This document shows positions 1 to 7,986 of a stretch of 64,000 nt of DNA, one piece after another (position 1 is the stretch's first letter; each line of letters starts with the position of its first letter). Where the stretch lies: assembly GCA_963842525.1 (NCBI GenBank), contig CAWJGT010000025.1:32001-96000 (forward strand), written 5' to 3'. The notes beneath the pieces were generated by a model. The model saw nothing but the letters and a program-made list of their open reading frames with translations. It was not told the origin of the DNA and ran no database searches. The position numbers were made by a program, and so were the translations under genes. Source of the DNA: an uncultured Holophagales bacterium (GTDB lineage Bacteria; Acidobacteriota; Thermoanaerobaculia; Multivoradales; UBA5704).

Positions 1-158
1 TCCAGCAGCTCCGCGACGCGGTCCTCCCCCTGGGCCGGCTGCAGGAGCGGGTCGTGGCCTGCGCTCATTTCCAGGGAAAGTACGGCCCGCGGTTCGTCGA
101 GAGCTATTGGGAGCAGATGGACCTCGATCCGAGGTTCCTGCAGGTGATCGTGCCCTAA
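1..158 (+). CDS. bshC: Bacillithiol cysteine-adding enzyme BshC, C-terminal end (truncated by window edge)
   Basis: Manual translation ...QQLRDAVLPLGRLQERVVACAHFQGKYG...QVIVP* has the LxPxGxLQER C-terminal motif; directly upstream of bshB1 and bshA. Confidence 0.8.
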   Translation, partial: QQLRDAVLPLGRLQERVVACAHFQGKYGPRFVESYWEQMDLDPRFLQVIVP

Positions 159-172
159 GGAGAAGGAAGATC

Positions 173-907
173 ATGCTCGACGTCCTCGCCATCGGCGCCC
201 ATCCGGATGACGTGGAGCTCGGCTGCGGCGGCACTTTGGCCCTGCTGGCGCGCCAGGGCCGCCGGACCGGCATCCTGCACCTGACCCGCGGTGAGCGCGG
301 CACCCGTGGCACCGAGCAGGAGCGGAGGTCCGAGGCCGAGCGTGCCGCCGAGGCCCTGGGCGCCGCCGAGCTCGACTTCCTCGACTGCGGCGACGGCGGG
401 TTGCGGCACGGCACGGCCGAGGAGGACGCGTTGATCGAAATCCTCCGCCGCTGGCGTCCGGAGGTGGTGCTGGGGCCGACGCCCGAGGACCGGCATCCGG
501 ACCATGGCCGCTCGCACCGCCTGGTGGCCGATGCCTGCTTCTACGCCGGCCTGCGCAACCGGGGGTCCGGAGAGGCGTACCGGCCGGCCGCGGTCTTCTC
601 CTACATGCAGCACGACCTCTTCGAGCCGAGCTTCCTGGTCGACGTTTCGGCTACGTGGGACGCCAAGATCGCGTCCCTCGCCGCCTACCGCAGCCAGCTC
701 TATCAGCCGGGTCAATCGGATCGGGAAAAGGAGGACCAGGACCAGCCGAAGACCAAGATCGCGTCGCGGGAGCTCTGGTACGCCCTCGAGGGGCGGGCGC
801 GCCACTTCGGCCTGCTCATCGGGGCGGAATTCGCCGAGCCGTTCTGGAGCCGCGGGCCGCTGGCGGTGCGCGATGTCCTTTCCCTTGTGCCGGGAGGCAT
901 CCGTTGA
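173..907 (+). CDS. bshB1: Bacillithiol deacetylase BshB1 (PIG-L/LmbE family)
   Basis: AHPDDVELGCGG and HPDH motifs; purine-rich RBS before ATG 173; bsh context. Confidence 0.9.
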   Translation: MLDVLAIGAHPDDVELGCGGTLALLARQGRRTGILHLTRGERGTRGTEQERRSEAERAAEALGAAELDFLDCGDGGLRHGTAEEDALIEILRRWRPEVVLGPTPEDRHPDHGRSHRLVADACFYAGLRNRGSGEAYRPAAVFSYMQHDLFEPSFLVDVSATWDAKIASLAAYRSQLYQPGQSDREKEDQDQPKTKIASRELWYALEGRARHFGLLIGAEFAEPFWSRGPLAVRDVLSLVPGGIR

Positions 908-2031
908 GGATCGGCATCAGTTGCTATCCGACCTATGGCGGCTCGGGGGTGGTGGCCACCGAGCTGGCCATGGCGCTGGCCCAAGGCGGGGATGAGGTCC
1001 ACGTCATCAGCTACGCCCTCCCGACGCGCCTCTCCTTCCTCAACTCGCGGATCTTCTTCCACGAGGTGGTGACGCCGACCTATCCGCTCTTCGAGGCCTA
1101 TCCGCCCTATTCGCTGGCGCTGTCGACCAAGATGGTCGAGGTGGCCCGCCACGCCCGGCTCGACGTGCTGCACGTCCACTACGCCATCCCCAACGCGGTC
1201 TCGGCCGTGCTCGCCCGGCAGATCCTGGCGCCGCGGCCGCTGCCGGTGGTGACCACGCTCCACGGCACGGACGTCACCCTGGTGGGAGTCGACCCCAACT
1301 ACCTGGAGACCACGCGCTGGGGGATCACCGAGAGCGACGCGGTGACCGCGGTCTCGGAATCGCTTCGCCGGTCGACCATGGAGCAGCTCGGGATCCACAA
1401 CCGGATCGAGGTGATCCCCAACTTCATCGATCCGGCGCGCTTCGAGCAGGTGCGCGACTCCCCCGGCGCCCGCCGCTGGGCGCGGGAGGACGAGCGCATC
1501 CTGGTCCATATCTCCAATTTTCGGCCGGTCAAGCGGATCCTCGACGTCGTCGAGGTCTTCCGGCGGGTACGCCAGCAGGTCCCCTCCCGCCTGCTGATGG
1601 TCGGCGACGGACCGGAGCGCGGCCGGGCGGAGCAGCACTGCCGCGAGACCGGCATCTGCGAATCGATCACCTTCATCGGCAGCCTGCCGGTGGTCGAGGA
1701 GGTGCTGGTGGGGGCCGACCTCTTCCTGCTCCCTTCGGAGACCGAGTCGTTCGGCCTCGCGGCGCTGGAGGCCCTGGCCTGCGAGGTGCCGGTCGTCGCC
1801 ACCACGGTGGGCGGCATCCCGGAGGTCGTGGAGCACGGCACGAACGGGTTCCTCTGCCCGGTCGGGGACGTCGAGGGGATGGCCGCCGCGGCCGTGCGGC
1901 TGCTGACCGACCCCGAGCTGCGCCGCTCGTTCGGCGCGGCGGGGCGCCGGTGGGCAGTCGAGAGGTTCAGCCAGGACGCCGTGGTTGCCCGCTACCGGTC
2001 GGTCTACGAGCGAGTGGCCGGGAGGACCTGA
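904..2031 (+). CDS. bshA: N-acetylglucosaminyl-malate synthase BshA (GT4)
   Basis: TTG start overlapping the bshB1 stop; IGISCYPTYGGSGVVATELA, HVHYAIP, TTLHGTD, ESFGLAALEA. Confidence 0.93.
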   Translation: MRIGISCYPTYGGSGVVATELAMALAQGGDEVHVISYALPTRLSFLNSRIFFHEVVTPTYPLFEAYPPYSLALSTKMVEVARHARLDVLHVHYAIPNAVSAVLARQILAPRPLPVVTTLHGTDVTLVGVDPNYLETTRWGITESDAVTAVSESLRRSTMEQLGIHNRIEVIPNFIDPARFEQVRDSPGARRWAREDERILVHISNFRPVKRILDVVEVFRRVRQQVPSRLLMVGDGPERGRAEQHCRETGICESITFIGSLPVVEEVLVGADLFLLPSETESFGLAALEALACEVPVVATTVGGIPEVVEHGTNGFLCPVGDVEGMAAAAVRLLTDPELRRSFGAAGRRWAVERFSQDAVVARYRSVYERVAGRT

Positions 2032-2610
2032 ATCCCCTCGTACCTGAGCCCCGCGGGCGAGGCCCGGGCCGAGATCCGGGAGAAGGGCTCTCGCTTCCTC
2101 GCCGTGATCGGGCCGGCCGATGGCGAGGAAGCGGCCCGGGCCGCCCTCGCGGCGCTGGCCCGCGAATTCCCCGACGCCACCCACCACTGCTGGGCCTGGA
2201 GGCTCGGCGCGGCACCGAGCGAGCGCAGCGCGGACGCGGGCGAGCCCGCCGGCACGGCCGGGATGCCGATCCTCCAGGTGCTCCGCGGCGCCGGCCTGTC
2301 GGACGTGCTGGCGGTGGTGGTCCGGTGGTTCGGCGGCACCAAGCTGGGCAAGGGCGGGCTTGCCCGGGCCTACGCGGCGGCGGCCCGCGAGGCGGTCCAG
2401 GGTCTGCCGGTGGTCGCCAGGGTGCCAACGGTGCGACTCGCGTTGCGGGTCCCCTACGAGCGGGTCGGCGCGGTCAAGCGCCTGGTCCACCCGCCCGAGG
2501 TCGAGCTGGAGCTGGAGGAGTACGGCGAGGACGCGCGGCTGACGCTCGTGGTGCACGAAGAGCGGGCCGCGTCCCTGCGGGAGGCTCTGGCAGACGTGGG
2601 TGTGTTGTAG
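2032..2610 (+). CDS. yigZ: YigZ/IMPACT family protein (start uncertain)
   Basis: EKGSRF, ATHHCWAWR, DAGEPAGTAG, VVRWFGGTKLGKGGLARAY; family similarity extends upstream of the track start (2104) to about 2041. Confidence 0.85.
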   Translation: MPSYLSPAGEARAEIREKGSRFLAVIGPADGEEAARAALAALAREFPDATHHCWAWRLGAAPSERSADAGEPAGTAGMPILQVLRGAGLSDVLAVVVRWFGGTKLGKGGLARAYAAAAREAVQGLPVVARVPTVRLALRVPYERVGAVKRLVHPPEVELELEEYGEDARLTLVVHEERAASLREALADVGVL

Positions 2611-2653
2611 ACTGCGCCTGACCGTCGTTCTTTTTGGAAAGGAGACGCCTGCG

Positions 2654-3067
2654 ATGAGCGAACCCGGCGCCCCGCCTCCACCCCCGTCCTACACTCCGCC
2701 GCCGCCTCCGCCTCCCATGGGCGGAGCTCCCGGCAGCCCCGGGGTCAGCCCGAACCGGAACCTGATGATCATCCTCTCGTACATCTGGATCCTGTTCCTG
2801 GTCCCGATGATCACCGAGAAGGACGACCCCGAGGTGCAGTGGCACGCCAAACACGGCGCCGTGCTGTTCGTCGCCGAGATCATCCTGTATGTCGCCTCCT
2901 GGATCATCACCTACATGATCAGCAGCTTCAGCAGTTGCGGTTGCTTCTCGCCGTCGTTCTTCGTCTGGGCAGCGTTCCTGGTGGTCCGCATCCTCTGCAT
3001 CGTCAAGGGTGTCAGCGGGCAGCGGTTCATCATCCCGGGCATCAGCGACTTCGTGAACCGTTTCTGA
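2654..3067 (+). CDS. DUF4870-like membrane protein with Pro-rich N-terminus
   Basis: RBS AAGGAG; three hydrophobic segments, WHAKHG, GQRFIIPGI. Confidence 0.7.
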   Translation: MSEPGAPPPPPSYTPPPPPPPMGGAPGSPGVSPNRNLMIILSYIWILFLVPMITEKDDPEVQWHAKHGAVLFVAEIILYVASWIITYMISSFSSCGCFSPSFFVWAAFLVVRILCIVKGVSGQRFIIPGISDFVNRF

Positions 3068-3086
3068 TCGGCGGGAGTCTACGACT

Positions 3087-3386
3087 ATGGATCCGATCAC
3101 CGGAGCACCGCAGGAGTCGGCCAGCAGCCAGGCGATCACGGCGCTGGTGCTGGGTATCCTTGGGTTGCTCGCCTGTCAGCTCCTGGGGCCGTTTGCCTGG
3201 TATCTGGGCAACCAGGAGCTGCGGGCGATCCGCGAGGGACGGTCTCCCAGGGCCGGAGAGGCCCTGGCGATGGCCGGGAAGGTCATGGGCATCATCGGCA
3301 CGGTCCTCATGGTGGTCGTGCTCGTGGTGATCTTCTTCTTCGGGGGCCTGGCCTTCCTGATGGCCGTCTTCGAGGGCTCGAGGTAG
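3087..3386 (+). CDS. DUF4190-like membrane protein
   Basis: AITALVLGILG...LAMAGKVMGIIG pattern. Confidence 0.7.
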   Translation: MDPITGAPQESASSQAITALVLGILGLLACQLLGPFAWYLGNQELRAIREGRSPRAGEALAMAGKVMGIIGTVLMVVVLVVIFFFGGLAFLMAVFEGSR

Positions 3387-3397
3387 GACACGCGACC

Positions 3398-3793
3398 GTG
3401 TGGCGCAGGGCGGGCGCCGCGAGCTGGTTCGCGGCGGGGCTGGCAGGGGCGGCGGGGTTCCTCCTCCTCCGCTCCTGGGTCCCGCCGCCCGGGGCCCGCT
3501 TCACCATCTGCGTCCTCCGCCGGCTGACCGGCCTCCCGTGCCCGGGTTGCGGCCTGACCCGGGCCTTCGCGCATCTGGCCAAGGGGGAATGGGCCGTGGC
3601 CGCGGTGGACCACCCTTTCGCCTTCGTCCTCGCGGCGGAGCTGGGCCTCGCTTGGCTCGTCTGGGGGACTGCCCTCGCCCGCGGCCGGCCGGTCACGATG
3701 CCACCCTGGCTCGAGCATCTCGTCCTCGCCCATATCCTGGTGGTGGCCGCCTTCTGGCTCGGCCGCCTGTCCACCGGGACCCTTCCCTGGTGA
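3398..3793 (+). CDS. DUF2752 domain membrane protein
   Basis: CxLRRLTGLPCPGCGLTRA signature. Confidence 0.8.
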   Translation: MWRRAGAASWFAAGLAGAAGFLLLRSWVPPPGARFTICVLRRLTGLPCPGCGLTRAFAHLAKGEWAVAAVDHPFAFVLAAELGLAWLVWGTALARGRPVTMPPWLEHLVLAHILVVAAFWLGRLSTGTLPW

Positions 3794-3800
3794 GGAGCAA

Positions 3801-4109
3801 ATGACTCGTCGAAAGAAGGCTGCGGCCGTGGCTCTCGGGGTGCTCCTGCTGCTCGCGCTCGATCTGGCGCGCGCGCCCGCGGACCAGCTCTCCGCGCGTG
3901 CCCTCCTCGGAGGCATCCACCTCTACCAGGCCACCCTCTCGCAGCTGATGCCGCGCGCAGGCGTCCGCTGTCGTTTCCACCCCACCTGCAGCCATTACGG
4001 CGAAGGGGCGATCCGCAAGCGCGGCGCCCTCGTGGGGAGCCTGAAGGCGGCCTGGCGGATCGCCCGCTGCGGTCCCTGGACCCCCCAGGGGACGGTCGAT
4101 CCGCCGTAG
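3801..4109 (+). CDS. yidD: Membrane protein insertion efficiency factor YidD
   Basis: CRFHPTCSHY...RIARCGPW...GTVDP. Confidence 0.88.
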   Translation: MTRRKKAAAVALGVLLLLALDLARAPADQLSARALLGGIHLYQATLSQLMPRAGVRCRFHPTCSHYGEGAIRKRGALVGSLKAAWRIARCGPWTPQGTVDPP

Positions 4110-4122
4110 GTGCGCCCGGCGG

Positions 4123-4152
4123 TTGACAAGCCCGGCGCGGACCCACCATGCT
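4123..4152 (+). promoter_or_regulatory. Putative sigma70 promoter for sspB
   Basis: TTGACA-N18-CATGCT, 18 nt before GTG 4171. Confidence 0.45.
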
Positions 4153-4170
4153 CCAGGGCAGGGAGGGATC

Positions 4171-4650
4171 GTGGAGACCGACAGGATCGACTATCCGGCC
4201 ATCCTCCAGGAGGCGCTGCGTGGTGCCGTGCGCCAGGTCTTGGCGCAGGTGGCCGAGCACGGGATGCCCGGCGATCATCACTTCTACGTCGAGTTCCGCA
4301 CCGACCATCCGGGGGTGGAGGTGCCGCGCTTCCTTCGCGACATGTATCCCGAGGAGATGCGGATCGTCCTCCAGAACCAGTACTGGGACCTGGCGGTGGA
4401 CGACGAGGTGTTCTCCGTGGCCCTGAGCTTCAACGCCGCCCGCCACCGGCTGACCGTCCCGTTTGCCGCTCTCACCGCCTTCGTCGATCCCGAGGCCCAG
4501 TTCGCGCTGCGCTTCGAGCCCCACGGCGTCAAACCGGGTGACAGCCGCGGTCCGTACCCCGCTGAGGTGCTGCCGCCCGCCGAGGACGAAGAGGAGAAAC
4601 CCGGGCGAGCCGCGGAGGTCCTGCGGTTCGACCCGTCACGGCGTAAATGA
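4171..4650 (+). CDS. sspB: ClpXP adaptor SspB (alphaproteobacterial-type)
   Basis: HHFYVEFRTDHPGV, YPEEMRIVLQNQYWDL, VPFAALTAFVDP; C-terminal FDPSRRK tail. Confidence 0.8.
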   Translation: METDRIDYPAILQEALRGAVRQVLAQVAEHGMPGDHHFYVEFRTDHPGVEVPRFLRDMYPEEMRIVLQNQYWDLAVDDEVFSVALSFNAARHRLTVPFAALTAFVDPEAQFALRFEPHGVKPGDSRGPYPAEVLPPAEDEEEKPGRAAEVLRFDPSRRK

Positions 4651-4736
4651 TCCCCGACGGGGCACGATCGTCCTCTCCAGGGGACGATTCGCTCGCTCCG
4701 AGGTGCGTTTCTCCCCGGGTGGAGCTTCCAGCGAGG

Positions 4737-4752
4737 TGGCATCCCCCTTGCT
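4737..4752 (+). promoter_or_regulatory. Sigma54 (-24/-12) promoter
   Basis: TGGCAT-CCCCC-TTGCT fits TGGCAC-N5-TTGCW, 28 nt before ATG 4781. Confidence 0.65.
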
Positions 4753-4780
4753 CCCCAAGGATGAGACGAGGAGCCCGACC

Positions 4781-5812
4781 ATGCGAAAACAAGATCTGCA
4801 CAGCCTTTCGATTGCACTGCTCAGCGCCGCGGCGCTGTTCACTTTCGCCTGCGGCCGCCAGGCCGAGGAGCCCCAGGTCGCGACCGCGACCCAGGAGACC
4901 CGCCCGTCCGAGCCCTACACGGTCGAGGACGAGCACATTCCGCAGGCCACCGTCCCCAAGAGCCCCGAGCTGCTGCCGGAGCCCCCGCCGATCGTCGTTC
5001 AGGAGCCCGAAATCCCGCAAGAGGATGCTGCAGCCTCCCTCGAGGCACGGGAGCGGCGGCTGCAAGAGCGCCAGGCCGAGCTCGAGGCCCGGGAGCGGCG
5101 CATCCGCGAGAAGGAGCGCCAGAGATTGACCCCAAGACCGGCCCCGAGACCTGAAACGCCGAAGCCCGACGAGCAGGTCGCCGAGACCCTGCCCGCTCCC
5201 GTCGAGCCGGAACCCGAGCCCGAGGTGGAGGAGGTCGAGCCGGCCCCTGAACCCGAGCCGGAGCCTGAGCCGGAGGTGCGGACCGTGTCCGTCTCCGTGC
5301 CGGCCGGGACCACCTTCGCGGCCGAGCTCCAGGGGACCCTGTCCAGCGCCTCCAGCCGGGTCGGCGAGACCTTCCGCGCCCGCATCGTCGACGACGTGGT
5401 GGACGGCGGCGAGGTCGTGATCCCGGCCGGCTCCGAGGTGGTGGGCGAGGTCACCGAGGCGGTGCCGCTGCGCAAGGTCGGCGGCCGGGCCCGGCTCGCC
5501 GTCCGCTTCACCGACCTGGTGCTTCCCTCCGGGTCCACCGTGCCGATCCGGGCGACCCTCACCGAGCAGGGCCGTAGCGAGACCGGCCGCGATGCGGCCA
5601 CCATCGGCGGCGGTGCCGCGGGCGGTGCCGTACTGGGCCGCGTCCTGAGCCGCAAGGACCGGTCCAAGGGTGCTCTGATCGGCGCCATCATCGGCGCCGC
5701 CGCCGGGGCCGTGATCGCCTCCCGCACGCCGGGCGAGGAGGTCACCATCCCCGAGGGCACCATGGTCAACGTCGAGCTGAGCGATTCGGTCGAGGTGCGG
5801 GTACGGCGGTAG
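4781..5812 (+). CDS. Pro/Glu-rich lipoprotein with TrbI/VirB10-like beta domain and glycine zipper
   Basis: Lipobox FTFAC; coiled coil; PE repeats; VPAGT...GETFRA...VIPAGSEVVG; GGAAGGA/GAIIGAAAG. Confidence 0.65.
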   Translation: MRKQDLHSLSIALLSAAALFTFACGRQAEEPQVATATQETRPSEPYTVEDEHIPQATVPKSPELLPEPPPIVVQEPEIPQEDAAASLEARERRLQERQAELEARERRIREKERQRLTPRPAPRPETPKPDEQVAETLPAPVEPEPEPEVEEVEPAPEPEPEPEPEVRTVSVSVPAGTTFAAELQGTLSSASSRVGETFRARIVDDVVDGGEVVIPAGSEVVGEVTEAVPLRKVGGRARLAVRFTDLVLPSGSTVPIRATLTEQGRSETGRDAATIGGGAAGGAVLGRVLSRKDRSKGALIGAIIGAAAGAVIASRTPGEEVTIPEGTMVNVELSDSVEVRVRR

Positions 5813-5834
5813 GGCCTCACCGGTCCGCCGGGTG

Positions 5835-5864
5835 GCGACCTGCCCTTCCGGGCGGGTCGCTTCT
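5835..5864 (+). terminator. Hairpin after the lipoprotein gene
   Basis: GCGACCTGCCC-TTCC-GGGCGGGTCGC followed by TTCT. Confidence 0.5.
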
Positions 5865-5891
5865 CCGGTCCAGGTGCTATCCTGGACCGCT

Positions 5892-7901
5892 ATGTTGCGA
5901 GAAGTGACCGTCCCCGCGCCCGCCTCTGCACCTCCGTCCTCCGACCGCCGCGCCCGCTCCGGCCTCTTCGGCGGGCGCGTCTCGTCCAGGCCGCGGACCT
6001 TCAGCGAGCCCGGCGACGTGCCGGGGGCGCCGCCCAAGAAGCCGCTCGGCTGGCGCGTGGTCCTCGCCGACGCCATCGAGCTCGTCAAGGCGCGCAAGGG
6101 GCGGCTGGCCCTGGGGCTGCTTCTGATGGGGGTCAGCCGCCTCGCCGGCCTGGTGCTCCCCGGCACGACCAAATTCCTCCTGGACGAGGTCATCGCCAAG
6201 GGGAACCGGGCCATGCTCACCCAGCTCGTCTTTGCCGCGGGCGCGGCCATCCTCGTCCAGGCGGTGACCGGCTTCGCGCTCTCCCAGGTCCTCGGCAAGG
6301 CCGCGCAGCGGTCGATCACCGAAATGCGCCGCACCGTGCAACGGCACGTCAGCCGGCTGTCGGTCCGCTACTTCGAGCAGACCAAGTCGGGCGCACTCCT
6401 CTCCCGGGTCATGAACGACGCCGAAGGTCTGCGCAACCTGGTGGGCAACGGCCTGGTCGAGATCGTCGGGAGCGTCCTCACAGCGGTTCTGGCGCTCGGC
6501 ATCCTCCTCTACCTCAACGTCAAGCTCACAGTCATCGCCCTGAGCATCCTGTCGCTGTTCGCGCTGATCATGCAGCGGGCGTTCAAGACCCTGAGGCCGC
6601 TCTTCCGCGAGCGTTCCAAGATCAACGCCGATATCTCCGGCCGGCTCACCGAGTCGTTCTCCGGCGTGCGGGTGGTCAAGGCCTACGGCGCGGAGCGGCG
6701 CGAGGCGCTGATCTTCGCCAAGGGGGCGCACCGCCTCTACCGCAACGTGGCCCGGACCATCACGGCGTTCTCGGCTATCGGCTCGGTCTCCACGCTCCTG
6801 CTGGGCGTGATCGGCGTGGTCATGATGTCGGTTGGGGCCAACGAGGTGCTCGCCCAACGCATGACGGTCGGAGACTTCTTCGCCTTCACCCTGTATCTCG
6901 GCCTGCTGGTCGGTCCGGCGGTCCAGATCGTCCATATCGGGAGCCAGATCACCGAGGCCTTCGCCGGGCTCGAGCGGATCCGCGAGATCCGCAACGAGAT
7001 TCCGGAGGACGCGGAGGACGCCGCCCGCCGGCCCATGCCGTACATCAGGGGAAGGATCGAGCTGCGCGACGTCTCCTTCGAATACCAGGCGGACACGCCG
7101 GTCCTGCGGAACATCTCGCTCTTGGCCGAGCCTGGGACCTCGACCGCCCTGGTGGGGCCCTCGGGCTCGGGCAAGAGCTCCCTGATCGGCCTGATCGCCG
7201 CCTTCCACGGGCCGACCACCGGGACTCTCCAGGTGGATGGTCAGCACCTTGCGGACCTCCGGCTCCACGACTACCGCTCGCACCTGGGGGTCGTCTTCCA
7301 GGACAACTTCCTCTTCGACGGGACGGTGTTCGAGAACATCGCCTATTCGCAGCCGGACGCCACCGACGAAGAGGTGCTGCGAGCCGCGGAGATCGCCCGC
7401 TGCGATGACTTCGTCCGCAAGCTGCCGCAGGGATACGACACGATCGTCGGCGAGCGGGGCGTCAAGCTTTCCGGCGGCGAGCGCCAGCGGGTGGCCATCG
7501 CCCGGGCCATCCTGGCGGACCCGCGCATCCTGATCCTCGACGAAGCCACCTCCTCGCTCGACAGCGAGAGCGAAGCGCTGATCCAGGAAGGCCTGGCCGA
7601 GCTGATGCAGGGCCGGACCACCTTTGTCATCGCCCACCGGCTGTCGACCATCCGGAAGGCCGACACGATCCTGGTGCTGGAAGATGGGCAGATCGTCGAG
7701 CGTGGCCGGCACGAGGAGCTGCTCGCCCTCGGAGGCCGGTACCACGCCCTCTACACGCGGCAGTACAACCTGGAGTCGAACCTCTTCCGCAATCCCGGCG
7801 AAAAGGTCGATGAGGACGAAGAGGATCCCAAGCCCGCCGCCGGCGCCGACACCGCGGTCGGCCGCGCCGGGCGCAGCCCGCTCCCGACCCTGTCGGCCTG
7901 A
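5892..7901 (+). CDS. ABC exporter, fused permease/ATP-binding protein
   Basis: TM domain; GPSGSGKS, LSGGERQR, ILDEATS; extended -10 TGCTATCCT (5875-5883) just before the ATG suggests a leaderless mRNA. Confidence 0.92.
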   Translation: MLREVTVPAPASAPPSSDRRARSGLFGGRVSSRPRTFSEPGDVPGAPPKKPLGWRVVLADAIELVKARKGRLALGLLLMGVSRLAGLVLPGTTKFLLDEVIAKGNRAMLTQLVFAAGAAILVQAVTGFALSQVLGKAAQRSITEMRRTVQRHVSRLSVRYFEQTKSGALLSRVMNDAEGLRNLVGNGLVEIVGSVLTAVLALGILLYLNVKLTVIALSILSLFALIMQRAFKTLRPLFRERSKINADISGRLTESFSGVRVVKAYGAERREALIFAKGAHRLYRNVARTITAFSAIGSVSTLLLGVIGVVMMSVGANEVLAQRMTVGDFFAFTLYLGLLVGPAVQIVHIGSQITEAFAGLERIREIRNEIPEDAEDAARRPMPYIRGRIELRDVSFEYQADTPVLRNISLLAEPGTSTALVGPSGSGKSSLIGLIAAFHGPTTGTLQVDGQHLADLRLHDYRSHLGVVFQDNFLFDGTVFENIAYSQPDATDEEVLRAAEIARCDDFVRKLPQGYDTIVGERGVKLSGGERQRVAIARAILADPRILILDEATSSLDSESEALIQEGLAELMQGRTTFVIAHRLSTIRKADTILVLEDGQIVERGRHEELLALGGRYHALYTRQYNLESNLFRNPGEKVDEDEEDPKPAAGADTAVGRAGRSPLPTLSA

Positions 7902-7986
7902 TTGGTGAACCGCCCTTCCTTTTTCTCGCTCTCCTTGACGTGCTCGTACTGGTGCTCGTCCTTGCCGATATACGGCTCCCGAGCCC

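Noticed and set aside
2029-2104. Stop-codon readthrough fusing bshA to yigZ (same frame across TGA)
   Set aside because: A 1-nt error in the C-run or a non-canonical start is more likely given the indel rate; no functional rationale.
5200-5275. GAGCCC/GAGCCG short tandem repeats
   Set aside because: They simply encode the Pro-Glu linker of the lipoprotein.
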